From Rhodocyclaceae bacterium (lineage in GTDB: Bacteria > Pseudomonadota > Gammaproteobacteria > Burkholderiales > Rhodocyclaceae), in the NCBI GenBank assembly GCA_016721505.1, contig JADKHX010000002.1, positions 37,126-101,125 on the forward strand: 64,000 bases of DNA. Direction: 5' to 3'. How positions within the stretch are numbered: position 1 is the stretch's first letter; each line of letters opens with the position of its first letter. The position numbers were made by a program, and so were the translations under genes. Below, piece by piece: positions 1-11,108 of this stretch. The notes beneath the pieces were generated by a model. It did no database searches and was not told the DNA's origin. It saw nothing but the letters and a program-made list of their open reading frames with translations.

Positions 1-1356
1 CAATTTATCGAGCCGCTCAGCGGTGACCGCCGATTCATAGAGCAACTCGGGTTGATCAGGATTTTTGACCAATCCGTCGGCTAATAAATGCAGCACTTCC
101 TCATGCCGTCCAGCTTCTCGCAGCAACTGCGCTTCGGCAATGAGCAGTCGCGGCTCTTCTTTCGGCGCAATCGAACGCGCATAGCTCAGCCGCTCACGCG
201 CCTCGTCACTACGTCCGGCTTTCGCCAATAGTTGTGCGCAGCGCAACACTGCCGGCAAGCGATGTTCGCCGGCGTCAATTGCGTTGTAAAGACGAATCGC
301 TTCGTCGGGGTGATTCGTTTCCTCGCTGATCTGCGCAAGGTAATATCGAACCGGGTTTGGATCGCCTTTGCCAAACTCCAGCACATGGCGCAGGTGCCGC
401 TCGGCATCGACTAAATCTTCGAGTTGTAGCGCCAAAATACCCAGCGCGTAAATCGGTTCGATATTTTCCGGCTGCGCTGCATTCAAGGTACGAAATTCAG
501 CGCGCGCCTCGGCAAATTTTTTGTCACCCACCAGCGCACGGGCATAGGCTTGGCGAGCATCAAAGGCCTTTGGATTTGCGGCGACAAAGCGCTGCAAAAA
601 TGCTGTCTGCTCAGGGCTGCGCTCCAGCAGTTGCGCCTTCATCAAGGCAGCCAACTCCCATTGCGGGCGCAGCTCAAGTGCCTTATCAACATGGGCCAGC
701 GCACTAATGGTTTCGTTAACAGCGACCGCTGCTTTTGCTCGTGCCATGTGTGCTTCAGGCAAGCTCTCGTAAGGTGCGGCCAGTTGTTCAATCAACTTTT
801 GCACCGCCTTTTTGTCTGTATGTCGAGACATGACATTGGTCAGGCGCAACAAAGATTCGCCAACCCGCGCCGGATTGTCCACCAAATCTTTGGCCAGCAA
901 ATCGGCGAGTTCGTCGAGCCGATTTCCGACGGCAAGCAAGCTGGCTACGGTCTGCCGCGCCAGCGTGCTGGTCGGCTCAATCTCCAACCACAATCGCGCT
1001 TGCGCCAGCGCCAATTCCATTTGCTTGGCCATCATCGCCGTCTCTGCTGCGCGGCGGGCGATTCGCGCGTCGCGCGTCGAATTCGCTAAATCGGCGTGCG
1101 CACGTGCGGCAAGATCATATTGCCCACGCTGCGCGGCAACTTCGGCAAGCAAAAACTGATAAAGAATTTGCGGCGTGAGTTCGATACGCGGTGCGGCCAC
1201 AGACTCGGCTGACTCGGTGGTATCAACTTGTAACTCCGGCTCAGCTTCAGCCACACTTTCGGTGGCAGCAGTGGCTTTGGCATCTTGAGCGCGCACCGCA
1301 CCAGCCATTACAAAAAATGGTGTGATAAGCAGAACCAAATATTTGAACTTGCGCAT
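1..1356 (-). CDS. TPR-repeat protein with signal peptide (partial; C-terminus beyond the left edge)
   Basis: Absent from the ORF track because it runs off the edge. My reverse translation from ATG 1356..1354 gives MRKFKYLVLLITPFFVMAGAVRAQD... It continues in an uninterrupted Ala/Leu-rich helical-repeat frame down to base 1 (...LLADGLVKNPDQPELLYESAVTAERLDKL). Confidence 0.75.
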   Translation of the reverse strand, partial: MRKFKYLVLLITPFFVMAGAVRAQDAKATAATESVAEAEPELQVDTTESAESVAAPRIELTPQILYQFLLAEVAAQRGQYDLAARAHADLANSTRDARIARRAAETAMMAKQMELALAQARLWLEIEPTSTLARQTVASLLAVGNRLDELADLLAKDLVDNPARVGESLLRLTNVMSRHTDKKAVQKLIEQLAAPYESLPEAHMARAKAAVAVNETISALAHVDKALELRPQWELAALMKAQLLERSPEQTAFLQRFVAANPKAFDARQAYARALVGDKKFAEARAEFRTLNAAQPENIEPIYALGILALQLEDLVDAERHLRHVLEFGKGDPNPVRYYLAQISEETNHPDEAIRLYNAIDAGEHRLPAVLRCAQLLAKAGRSDEARERLSYARSIAPKEEPRLLIAEAQLLREAGRHEEVLHLLADGLVKNPDQPELLYESAVTAERLDKL

Positions 1357-1474
1357 GATGGGCAGTGAAAACAGAAGGAACTATCCGTAAGCTGAAGCCA
1401 AAAAATCCGGCCTGTAAAATCGCCTTAATCTTAGCAGTTTCATCACTCGTCTCGATGCGATTGGATGCGCGACC

Positions 1475-2299
1475 ATGCCAGAACTCCCCGAAGTTGAAGT
1501 GACGCGACGCGGTATCGCGCCTAGCTTGATTGGACGGCGTGTCACCAACACCAACTGGCGAGTTCCGGCTTTGCGCTATCCCTTGCCCAGTGATAAGACC
1601 GCACAGTTCACCGGCTTACCCTTGCTGGCGGTGCATCGCCGCGCCAAATATTTGCTGCTGGAATTCGCTAGCGGGCATTTGCTGATTCACCTTGGCATGT
1701 CTGGCAGTTTGCGGTTGGTCAGTCCTAGTCTTGCACCAGCGAAGCACGATCATGTTGATCTGGTTTTTGGCAGCGGTAAATCCGCCATTGCGCTGCGCAT
1801 GCACGACCCACGCCGCTTCGGCGCGATTTTGTGGCTGGAAGGCGATGCGTTTTCGCACCCGCTGTTAAACGTGCTGGGCATAGAACCACTGACCGATGAA
1901 TTCACCGCAGCATGGCTTAAAAAATCGCTGACCAATTTGAAAGCGGCAATCAAACCGACACTGATGGACGGTCATCGTATTGTCGGCATTGGCAATATTT
2001 ATGCCTCTGAAAGTTTGTTCCGCGCCGGCATCCACCCGGCCGTACCGGCGGGCAAAGTGTCTTTGAAACGCTTGGCGCGATTAGTACCGGTAATCAAAGA
2101 GACGCTCGCCGCAGCGATAAACGCAGGCGGCAGTTCCTTGCGCGATTTCATCCACTCCGATGGTAGTTCGGGCTATTTTCAACAGCAGTATTTTGCCTAT
2201 GGCCGCAAAGGCGAGCCGTGCCGTGTTTGTCAATCGCCCATCCGTGAAATACGACAAGCTCAACGGGCGACTTTTTTTTGCGCACGCTGTCAGCGATAG
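1475..2299 (+). CDS. mutM: formamidopyrimidine-DNA glycosylase
   Basis: 274 aa. Has N-terminal MPELPEVE, HLGMSGS, and a C-terminal zinc finger CRVC...CARC. Confidence 0.95.
   Translation: MPELPEVEVTRRGIAPSLIGRRVTNTNWRVPALRYPLPSDKTAQFTGLPLLAVHRRAKYLLLEFASGHLLIHLGMSGSLRLVSPSLAPAKHDHVDLVFGSGKSAIALRMHDPRRFGAILWLEGDAFSHPLLNVLGIEPLTDEFTAAWLKKSLTNLKAAIKPTLMDGHRIVGIGNIYASESLFRAGIHPAVPAGKVSLKRLARLVPVIKETLAAAINAGGSSLRDFIHSDGSSGYFQQQYFAYGRKGEPCRVCQSPIREIRQAQRATFFCARCQR
1534..1560 (+). repeat. 27-nt motif copy inside mutM
   Basis: ACGGCGTGTCACCAACACCAACTGGCG. Matches the family consensus with one core change (G->A). Read as RRVTNTNWR. Confidence 0.6.
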
Positions 2300-2485
2300 C
2301 CTTGTTTAGTATTGGTCGCACTAGCTTTCACATTTCATCCGCTCAAAACCGCCGTTCATCGCATTAGTTGATTTTTTTGTATGCCGTTGCTATTAAGATG
2401 CCGGTTCGCGCCGCGACGCCTACCTGAAATCTCGTGGCCTTGAAATTCACTATCCACAACGCAGGAATTAATTGGAGAAAACAGC

Positions 2486-4525
2486 ATGGTTCAGCGCAAT
2501 TTCCATACAGGTTTGAAGGTTTTAGCCGCATCGCTTTTGTGCATCGGTTTCGCCAGTTTAGGTACAGCCGCCGAATTGAAGTCGGGCGTCGAAAAACAAT
2601 ATTTCGACCCCAGCGTACGGATTCAAGACAATATTTTTCTGGCCGTGAACGGGACCTGGATTAAGAACACACCGATTCCAGCGGACAAAGGTCGTTTTGG
2701 TGCATTCGACATTTTGCGTGACACCAGCGAAACCCGCACGCGAATGATTATTGAGGACGCTGCCGCCAAAAAACAAGCCAAAGGCAGCGAAGGCGAGAAA
2801 ATCGGCATGCTTTACAACAGCTTTATGGACGAAGCCACGGTTGAGCGTTTGGGCATCAAGCCCCTGGCTGCCGACTTGAAGAAGATCGCTGCAATCAAAA
2901 CCACAAAAGACATCGCCAAGGTGATGGGCGAAATGCAAACAGCCCAGATCAATGGGCCGTTGCGGCTTGATGTCAACCAAGACGCAAAAGATTCGACGCG
3001 TTATCAAACCGACGTGCGCCAGGGCGGCTTGGGCATGCCTGATCGCGATTACTTTTTGAAAGACGATCCTCGCTTCAAAGCGGCACGCGACGCGTATGTG
3101 GTGTACCTCACGACACTTTTCAAACTGGCCGGCGAAAAAGCGCCAGAGGCTGCGGCAGCGAGTGTGATGAAACTTGAAACGGCGCTAGCGCAGATTCAAT
3201 GGACAAAGGTTGAAAATCGCAATCCGGAAAAAACTTATAACAAGAAGACACCTGCTGATTTGGCCAAGCTCACGCCGGAGTTTGACTGGGCGACCTACCT
3301 CACGGCAGGTCATGTCGGCAAGATTAGTGATTTGAATTTGAACCAGCCTAGCTATGCCGTTGGCCTGGGCAAATTGATCGCCAGCGAGCCGATATCCGTG
3401 TGGCAAGCGTATTTGAAAGCACGCTTGCTTGACGACGCGGCACCCGCATTGCCCAAGGCTTTTGTCGATGCGCGCTTTGAATTCCGTGGCAAAACCTTGA
3501 CCGGCACCAAGGAAAATCAACCGCGCTGGAAGCGCAGTGTGGCGGCAGTGGAAAACGGTATGGGCGAAGCGATTGGTCAGATCTATGTGGCTAAATACTT
3601 CCCGCCGGCTTCAAAGGCCAAAATGGATGAACTGGTCGGTAATTTGTTGAAAGCGTTCAAAGTCAGTATTGATGGTTTGACTTGGATGTCGCCCACCACC
3701 AAAGTGCAAGCACAACGCAAGCTTTCGACCTTTATGCCAAAAATCGGCTATCCGAAAAAGTGGCAAAGCTACGCCAAACTGGAAATCAAACCCGACGATT
3801 TGTATGGCAATTTGACGCGTACGGCGCGCTTCGCGCATCAATTCTCGGTAGATAAACTGGGTAAGCCGATTGACCGTGACGAATGGGGCATGACACCGCA
3901 AACCGTCAATGCCTACTACAACCCTTCACTCAACGAAATCGTTTTCCCCGCCGCGATTTTGCAATACCCGTTCTTCAGTCAAGACGTTGACGATGCAGTC
4001 AATTACGGTGGCATTGGTGCCGTGATAGGCCACGAAGTCGGTCACGGCTTTGACGACCAAGGTAGCCAGTTTGATGCCGACGGAAATTTGAAAAATTGGT
4101 GGACGGAAGAGGATCGCAAAGCCTTCACTCAATTGACCAGCAAACTCGTCGCGCAGTACAACGCCTACGAACCGCTGCCTGGCAAAAACATCAATGGCGA
4201 ACTAACTTTAGGCGAGAACATTGGCGATTTATCCGGTCTGCAAATCGCGTTCAAAGCCTATCGGCTATCGTTAAACGGCAAAGAAGCGCCGGTGATTGAC
4301 GGCATGACTGGCAACGAACGCTTTTTCTACGGTTTTGCACAAGTCTGGCGCTCGGTGATGCGCGACGAAATGATGCTCAATCGTCTGGTGTCCGACCCGC
4401 ATTCACCCGGCAACTATCGTCCAGTCGGTTCAGCCTCAAATTCCGATGCCTTCCACGAGACGTTTAATCTAAAACCCGGCGACAAAATGTATAAGCCGGA
4501 AGCCGAGCGGATTCGGATTTGGTAA
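2486..4525 (+). CDS. M13 family zinc metallopeptidase (PepO / endothelin-converting-enzyme-like), secreted
   Basis: 679 aa with a signal peptide. Has HEVGHGFD (HExxH), NAYYNP and GENIGDLSG motifs. GGAGA RBS lies upstream. Confidence 0.92.
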   Translation: MVQRNFHTGLKVLAASLLCIGFASLGTAAELKSGVEKQYFDPSVRIQDNIFLAVNGTWIKNTPIPADKGRFGAFDILRDTSETRTRMIIEDAAAKKQAKGSEGEKIGMLYNSFMDEATVERLGIKPLAADLKKIAAIKTTKDIAKVMGEMQTAQINGPLRLDVNQDAKDSTRYQTDVRQGGLGMPDRDYFLKDDPRFKAARDAYVVYLTTLFKLAGEKAPEAAAASVMKLETALAQIQWTKVENRNPEKTYNKKTPADLAKLTPEFDWATYLTAGHVGKISDLNLNQPSYAVGLGKLIASEPISVWQAYLKARLLDDAAPALPKAFVDARFEFRGKTLTGTKENQPRWKRSVAAVENGMGEAIGQIYVAKYFPPASKAKMDELVGNLLKAFKVSIDGLTWMSPTTKVQAQRKLSTFMPKIGYPKKWQSYAKLEIKPDDLYGNLTRTARFAHQFSVDKLGKPIDRDEWGMTPQTVNAYYNPSLNEIVFPAAILQYPFFSQDVDDAVNYGGIGAVIGHEVGHGFDDQGSQFDADGNLKNWWTEEDRKAFTQLTSKLVAQYNAYEPLPGKNINGELTLGENIGDLSGLQIAFKAYRLSLNGKEAPVIDGMTGNERFFYGFAQVWRSVMRDEMMLNRLVSDPHSPGNYRPVGSASNSDAFHETFNLKPGDKMYKPEAERIRIW

Positions 4526-4554
4526 GACCTTTGTAAATCGCGTCTATTGCAAAG

Positions 4555-4586
4555 TGAAAAAACAGCGGCTTGCCGCTGTTTTTTCT
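4555..4586. terminator. bidirectional rho-independent terminator
   Basis: Hairpin CAGCGGC-TT-GCCGCTG (4563..4578) has an A-run on one side and a T-run on the other. It lies between the convergent peptidase and ferredoxin genes. Confidence 0.8.
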
Positions 4587-5882
<1,296 letters not shown>

Positions 5883-5897
5883 CTTGACGGAAAATCG

Positions 5898-5910
5898 CCA
5901 GTTGGTGCTG
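5898..5910 (-). repeat. 13-nt core motif copy in the rsmD/ftsY spacer
   Basis: CCAGTTGGTGCTG, the reverse complement of CAGCACCAACTGG. Confidence 0.5.
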
Positions 5911-6089
5911 ATGAAACAAACACAAAAACAGAAACAACCATGCAACAAGGCGGTCGCGCACAAGACGCGCTCTGCGCCGTTGCGTGTGCTGACACGCCGT
6001 TGAACGTGGCTGGATTTGCCTGATACACAGTTCGCCTCTGTTAAAATTTTGCAGCCGCCTATCTTAGCGACTTCTGCCTGCACTCTTCT

Positions 6090-7154
6090 GTGATGACCGG
6101 TTCAAAACCAAAAATTGACGTTGTTAAATCGCTTTCGTTCGGCGAAAAAATCAAAGAAGGATTGGCAAAAACCAGCGCCACGCTGAATACGCCCGTAGGC
6201 GAACTTTTTTCAGGATCACCGAGCGCAGAATCCGGCCCTTCATGGAGCGAACGGCTCAAGGTGGGTTTGGCCAAAACCAACGCCACCCTGAACACTCCGG
6301 TCAGCGAATTGTTCAGCCGCTCGAAGATTGATGCCTCGCTGTATGAAGAACTGGAAGCCACTTTGTTGATGGCCGATTGCGGTGTCGACGCAACGACCTG
6401 GCTGCTCGATGAACTCAAGACCCGCGTCAAACGCGATGGAATTGAAAATCCGGCGCTGCTGCGCGCAGTGTTGAGCGAGCTGCTAACCACGCTGCTTTTG
6501 CCCATCGAAAAGCCGCTGGAAATCACTGCCCATCGCCCGTTCATCATCATGCTAGCGGGCATCAACGGCGCGGGTAAAACAACCTCCATTGGCAAGCTGG
6601 CGCGACATTTTCAGCAACAAGGGTTGAGTGTGTTGCTTGCTGCAGGCGACACATTTCGCGCCGCTGCGAAAGAGCAATTGATGGTCTGGGGTGAGCGCAA
6701 TGGCATCACCGTCATCGCGCAAGATTCAGGCGATTCGGCCGCTGTGATTTTCGACGCTATAGCCGCTGCGCGAGCGCGCAAGATTGATATTGTGCTGGCT
6801 GATACCGCTGGTCGACTGCCGACACAATTGCATCTGATGGAAGAAATCGCCAAGGTCCGGCGTGTGATTCAGAAAGCCGAAGCGAGCGGCCCGCACGAAG
6901 TCATTTTGGTGCTCGATGCCAATATCGGGCAAAACGCGATTGCACAAGTCAAAGCCTTCGACAAAGCCATCGGCGTCACCGGCCTCATCGTCACCAAGCT
7001 CGATGGCACAGCTAAGGGTGGGGTGTTGGCGGCGATTGCGCGGCAATGCGCCAAGCCCGTGCGCTACATCGGTGTGGGTGAAGGCATTGCTGATTTACAG
7101 CCATTCCGCGCCGCCGAATTTGTCGCGGCAATTTTTCCGCCGGAGCCCTCGTGA
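6090..7154 (+). CDS. ftsY: signal recognition particle receptor
   Basis: 354 aa. GINGAGKTTSIGKLA P-loop and DTAGR motif. The start is GTG 6090 or ATG 6093. The N-terminal region carries a ~25-aa tandem duplication. Confidence 0.95.
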   Translation: MMTGSKPKIDVVKSLSFGEKIKEGLAKTSATLNTPVGELFSGSPSAESGPSWSERLKVGLAKTNATLNTPVSELFSRSKIDASLYEELEATLLMADCGVDATTWLLDELKTRVKRDGIENPALLRAVLSELLTTLLLPIEKPLEITAHRPFIIMLAGINGAGKTTSIGKLARHFQQQGLSVLLAAGDTFRAAAKEQLMVWGERNGITVIAQDSGDSAAVIFDAIAAARARKIDIVLADTAGRLPTQLHLMEEIAKVRRVIQKAEASGPHEVILVLDANIGQNAIAQVKAFDKAIGVTGLIVTKLDGTAKGGVLAAIARQCAKPVRYIGVGEGIADLQPFRAAEFVAAIFPPEPS

Positions 7155-7798
7155 TTCGTTTCGAGCGTGTCGGGAAACGCTACCCGCCTGACATCAATGC
7201 ATTGACCGACATTCAGCTTGAAGTCGAAGATGGCGAGCTAATTGCTATCGACGGGCACTCCGGCGCTGGTAAATCTACCCTGCTCAAGCTCATCGCCGCG
7301 ATTGAAAAACCGACTTCCGGCGTGATTCTGGTTGGCGGGCAAAACGTCAGCGCATTGGGACGCAAAGCAATACCGTTTTTTCGGCGCAATCTTGGTCTAG
7401 TGTTGCAGAATCAAAATTTGCTATTTGACCGCAGCGTGTTTGACAACGTGTTGTTGCCTTTATCGATCGCCGGATTCGCGCCCAAAGAAGCCCCCGCCCG
7501 TGTGCGTGCTGCGTTGGACAAAGTCGGATTGTTGGCGCGCGAAAAGGCCTTGCCGATTGCGCTCTCGGGCGGCGAACAACAACGTCTGGCGATTGCTCGC
7601 GCAGTGGTAAGTCGACCAAATTTGATCCTAGCCGATGAGCCGACCGCGCATCTCGATGCGGCGACCGCCACCGATGTCGCGCGCATATTCATGGAGTTCA
7701 ACCGCGTCGGTGTTACCGTGTTGGTGGCTACCTACGATCGCAATTTGTTTCCCGCAGCGCGGCGAATTTCTCTGTCGCACGGAGCCTTGGTGACATGA
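7151..7798 (+). CDS. ftsE: cell division ABC transporter ATPase
   Basis: Walker A GHSGAGKST and signature LSGGEQQR. The GTG start overlaps the ftsY stop. Confidence 0.93.
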   Translation: MIRFERVGKRYPPDINALTDIQLEVEDGELIAIDGHSGAGKSTLLKLIAAIEKPTSGVILVGGQNVSALGRKAIPFFRRNLGLVLQNQNLLFDRSVFDNVLLPLSIAGFAPKEAPARVRAALDKVGLLAREKALPIALSGGEQQRLAIARAVVSRPNLILADEPTAHLDAATATDVARIFMEFNRVGVTVLVATYDRNLFPAARRISLSHGALVT

Positions 7799-8730
7799 AA
7801 ACTTGGTTCCAACAGCACATCAACGCGGCACGCTTGGCCATCCGGCGATTGGCAGCCACGCCATTGAATACACTGCTCGCCGTGCTGGCGATTGGGATTG
7901 CGCTGGCTTTGCCAGCAGGCGGGCAAATGTTGCTCGCCAACGCGCAACAAATATTGGGTCAAGGCGCAACGCAACAAACAACGAAACGCGCAACGCCGCG
8001 CGTGCAAATTTCCTTGTACTTAAATGTCGATGCCGAGCGCGGTAGCGCAGAAAGTTTGGCAACCACATTGGGCAAAAATCCGGCCATAAAGTCTGTCGAA
8101 TTTATTGACCGCGAAACCACTTTGCAACGCATGCGGCAAACGGCAGGCTTGAAAGAAGTCATCGACGCCTTGCCAAACAACCCCTTCCCCGACGCTTTGG
8201 TCATCACACCCAATGACGAAAGCGCCGAAGCGCTCGAATCATTGGCTGCCGAACTGCGTTCCCTGTCAAAAATCGATCATGTCCAGCTTGATTCGGCCTG
8301 GATAAAGCGTCTCGATGCGCTACTCAAAGTCGGCCGCACTTTTGTTGCGCTGCTGGCGACGCTGCTCGGTATTGGCTTAATTGCCATCACGTTCAACATA
8401 ATCCGCTTGCAAGTCATGACCATGCGTGCAGAAATTGAAGTTAGCCAACTGCTCGGTGCCACCGACGGCTACATTCGACGCCCGTTTTTGTATTTCGGCA
8501 GCATGCTGGGCATTCTCGGTGGCCTGCTGGCGTGGAGCTTGGTGCTGGCCGCCACGGCCACGCTGAGCCGCCCGATAAGCACGCTGGGCGAGCTTTACGG
8601 CACGCCGCTAGTCCTCACCAGCCTTGGCCAACAAGATGTGCTGGTGCTGCTGGCGGCGGCGGCCGGGCTAGGCTGGGTCGGGGCGGCGTTGTCGTTGCGG
8701 CAGCATTTGCGTGCGCCAACGAACGGATAG
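7795..8730 (+). CDS. ftsX: cell division ABC transporter permease
   Basis: 311 aa, 4-TM permease. ATGA overlap with ftsE. Conserved ftsYEX synteny. Confidence 0.9.
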   Translation: MKTWFQQHINAARLAIRRLAATPLNTLLAVLAIGIALALPAGGQMLLANAQQILGQGATQQTTKRATPRVQISLYLNVDAERGSAESLATTLGKNPAIKSVEFIDRETTLQRMRQTAGLKEVIDALPNNPFPDALVITPNDESAEALESLAAELRSLSKIDHVQLDSAWIKRLDALLKVGRTFVALLATLLGIGLIAITFNIIRLQVMTMRAEIEVSQLLGATDGYIRRPFLYFGSMLGILGGLLAWSLVLAATATLSRPISTLGELYGTPLVLTSLGQQDVLVLLAAAAGLGWVGAALSLRQHLRAPTNG

Positions 8731-8793
8731 ATTTCTCCTTCGCCTACAAGATTGGACTGTCCCCAAACACCGAATTGGGAACTTTTTGGCCAA

Positions 8794-8820
8794 TTAGCAC
8801 TCTCACCCCACGAGTGCTAA
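8794..8820 (+). promoter_or_regulatory. 9-bp perfect hairpin in the ftsX-rpoH spacer
   Basis: TTAGCACTC-(9 nt)-GAGTGCTAA, 36 nt upstream of the rpoH ATG. No T-run follows. The role is unknown (ftsX terminator or rpoH leader structure). Confidence 0.35.
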
Positions 8821-8855
8821 ACCAATGTTAAACTTACGGCAAAGGAGAATCTCGT

Positions 8856-9746
8856 ATGAGTACCGCTCTATCGCTATCCCCCAGTTTTTCTGCCACCGCC
8901 TTTCAGCTCCCATCAGCCAGTGGCAGTATCGAAGCCTATATCCAGGCGGCGAATCGCGTGCCTATGCTGACCGAAGCCGAGGAGCAATCCTTCGCTCGCC
9001 GCCTGCGCGACGAAGATGATGTCGATGCAGCGCGCCAATTGGTGCTCTCACACCTGCGTCTGGTGATTTCTATTGCTCGTGGCTACCTTGGCTATGGCTT
9101 GCCGCACGCCGATTTGATTCAGGAAGGCAATATCGGTTTGATGAAAGCGGTCAAACGCTTCGACCCGGATCGTGGCGTGCGCTTGGTGTCGTTTGCGATG
9201 CATTGGATCAAAGCTGAGATTCATGAGTACGTGCTGAAAAATTGGCGGCTGGTGAAAGTAGCGACGACCAAAGCGCAGCGCAAATTGTTTTTCAATTTGC
9301 GTAGCATGAAGAAAAGTTTGAACACTTTGGGGCCGGACGAAGTCAGCGCCATCGCCCTAAAGCTTGGTGTCAAACCCGAAGAAGTCGTTGAAATGGAAGT
9401 CCGCATGGGTGGTAGCGATATGTCGCTAGAACCCGCCACCGATGACGATGACGAGCGGGTCTCACCCATTGCCTATCTGGCTAGCGACATCAGCACCGAG
9501 CCATCTGCGATGCTCGAAGCCAAGCAATACGACCATCTGCAAAGCGATGGACTGGCCGAGGCACTCGCCAAGCTAGACGATCGCAGTCGTGCGATTATTC
9601 AACGCCGCTGGTTAGTCGAAGAAGGTGAAGAAGCTGCAACCCTGCACGAACTCGCTGATGAATTCGGTGTGTCCGCGGAGCGAATCCGGCAGGTTGAAGT
9701 CAAGGCGCTGCAAAAGATGAAGGGCGTGCTGGGGGCAATGCACTGA
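8856..9746 (+). CDS. rpoH: RNA polymerase sigma-32 (heat shock) factor
   Basis: 296 aa. RpoH box QRKLFFNLR and sigma-70 regions 2 and 4. AAGGAG RBS. Confidence 0.95.
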   Translation: MSTALSLSPSFSATAFQLPSASGSIEAYIQAANRVPMLTEAEEQSFARRLRDEDDVDAARQLVLSHLRLVISIARGYLGYGLPHADLIQEGNIGLMKAVKRFDPDRGVRLVSFAMHWIKAEIHEYVLKNWRLVKVATTKAQRKLFFNLRSMKKSLNTLGPDEVSAIALKLGVKPEEVVEMEVRMGGSDMSLEPATDDDDERVSPIAYLASDISTEPSAMLEAKQYDHLQSDGLAEALAKLDDRSRAIIQRRWLVEEGEEAATLHELADEFGVSAERIRQVEVKALQKMKGVLGAMH

Positions 9747-9768
9747 GGTTGGCCGTTACTGTTTAACC

Positions 9769-9863
9769 AACGGCGGCGAAGCAGGGGTTTCGCAAAGCAT
9801 TGCTCTGTGCCTGCGTAGCGGGTAGTCCGTACACAGCCGACACTGCACACCAGCACCAACTAG
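9769..9863 (+). repeat. 95-nt long-form repeat element, copy A
   Basis: AACGGCGGCGAAGCAGGGGTTTCGCAAAGCATTGCTCTGTGCC...CACCAGCACCAACTAG. Aligns by eye over its full length with copies at 11109 and 50968. Ends in the 13-nt core. Confidence 0.8.
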
Positions 9864-9888
9864 TGGAGGATAGCGAGTTGTCCCGCGC

Positions 9889-11004
9889 TTAAATCTCCTC
9901 CTCCCCCATCACCCGCCGATAAAACTCGTGGAAGTGTTGCATGCCGTCTTCCATTGGTGATTGATACGGGCCGACTTCGCTACGGTCTTGGGCTAGCAAA
10001 GCGCGACGACCTCTATCCATGCGCTCGCCAATTTCGTCGTCTTCGCGGGCGGTTTCGCGGTAGGCGGCTTGTTGGGCTTGGATGAATTCTGGTTCGAACA
10101 GGGCGATTTCTTCGGGGTAGTAGAACTCGACCACGTGGGTGGTTTTGTCGACAGCGCGCGGAATTAGGTGCGAAACAATCAGTACGTGCGGATACCACTC
10201 GATCATGATATTGGGGTAATACGTCAGCCAGATCGCACCATGCTTAACTAGCGCATGCGATGGCTCAGCTTGGCTTTGATCGAGCACGCTTTGGTGCCAT
10301 TTGGCATAGATCGCCGAACCCGGTTTTGCCACTGATCGCGCGCCGACACGCTGCACAGAATGCCATTCGCCGAATTGCCAAGTGAGTTCGTCGCAATTCA
10401 CCAAACCATTTAGACCTGGGTGAAATGGCTCGACGTGATAGTCCTCCAGATAAACCTCGATGAAGGTTTTCCAGTTGTAGTTGCATTCGTGTCGCTCAAC
10501 GTGATTAAGCCGGTAGCCGCTGAAATCGAGATCATTGGCAACCGCCAATCCGGCCATGTCGACGACGGGTGAACGTGGGCCTTTGAACAATAAACCTTGC
10601 CAGTTTTCGAGTTTGGTCTTGGCCAGATTAAGGCAAGGATTGGCCGGAAATTGCGGCGCGCCGACTAATTCGCCATCTGCTTTGTAGGTCCAGCGATGAA
10701 TGGGGCAGACAATCACTTTGGCATTGCCTGTGCCTTCAAGCATGATGGCTTGGCGATGGCGGCAGACATTAGACATTTCGTAAAAACCATCGGTTTGATG
10801 GCTGATTAAGCGCCCGTGGTCGTGCCACTCCTGCGAGCGGTAGTCGTTGATTTCTGGTGCCATCAGCGCATGCCCGACGTAGCCGGGTCCGGCATCAAAA
10901 ATCAACTTCACTTCACGTTCAAAACGCTGCAGGTCGAAATACCAATCGACCGGAAATTGCGATGTAGCGGGAGCGAGATTTTTGTGTTTACCGATATCTG
11001 ACAT
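9889..11004 (-). CDS. Rieske [2Fe-2S] non-heme-iron oxygenase, alpha-subunit type
   Basis: Rieske motif CRHR...CPIHRW and mononuclear iron motif EDYHVEPFH. I place the start at ATG 11004 (MSDIGKHKN). The upstream 109 codons of the track ORF are read-through of repeat copy B. Confidence 0.85.
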   Translation of the reverse strand: MSDIGKHKNLAPATSQFPVDWYFDLQRFEREVKLIFDAGPGYVGHALMAPEINDYRSQEWHDHGRLISHQTDGFYEMSNVCRHRQAIMLEGTGNAKVIVCPIHRWTYKADGELVGAPQFPANPCLNLAKTKLENWQGLLFKGPRSPVVDMAGLAVANDLDFSGYRLNHVERHECNYNWKTFIEVYLEDYHVEPFHPGLNGLVNCDELTWQFGEWHSVQRVGARSVAKPGSAIYAKWHQSVLDQSQAEPSHALVKHGAIWLTYYPNIMIEWYPHVLIVSHLIPRAVDKTTHVVEFYYPEEIALFEPEFIQAQQAAYRETAREDDEIGERMDRGRRALLAQDRSEVGPYQSPMEDGMQHFHEFYRRVMGEEEI

Positions 11005-11108
11005 GAGGAAGAATCCATGTGGGACGCTTGCGAAACGACATCTGGAAAAGTCTGGCAAGCGATCAACGGCACGGCGCCGAGCGTGGCATTTTAGCGGGTG
11101 ATTGGACG

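Noticed and set aside
6059-6595. 178-aa minus-strand ORF opposite ftsY
   Set aside because: It is a Ser-rich shadow ORF, and ftsY on the plus strand is unambiguous.
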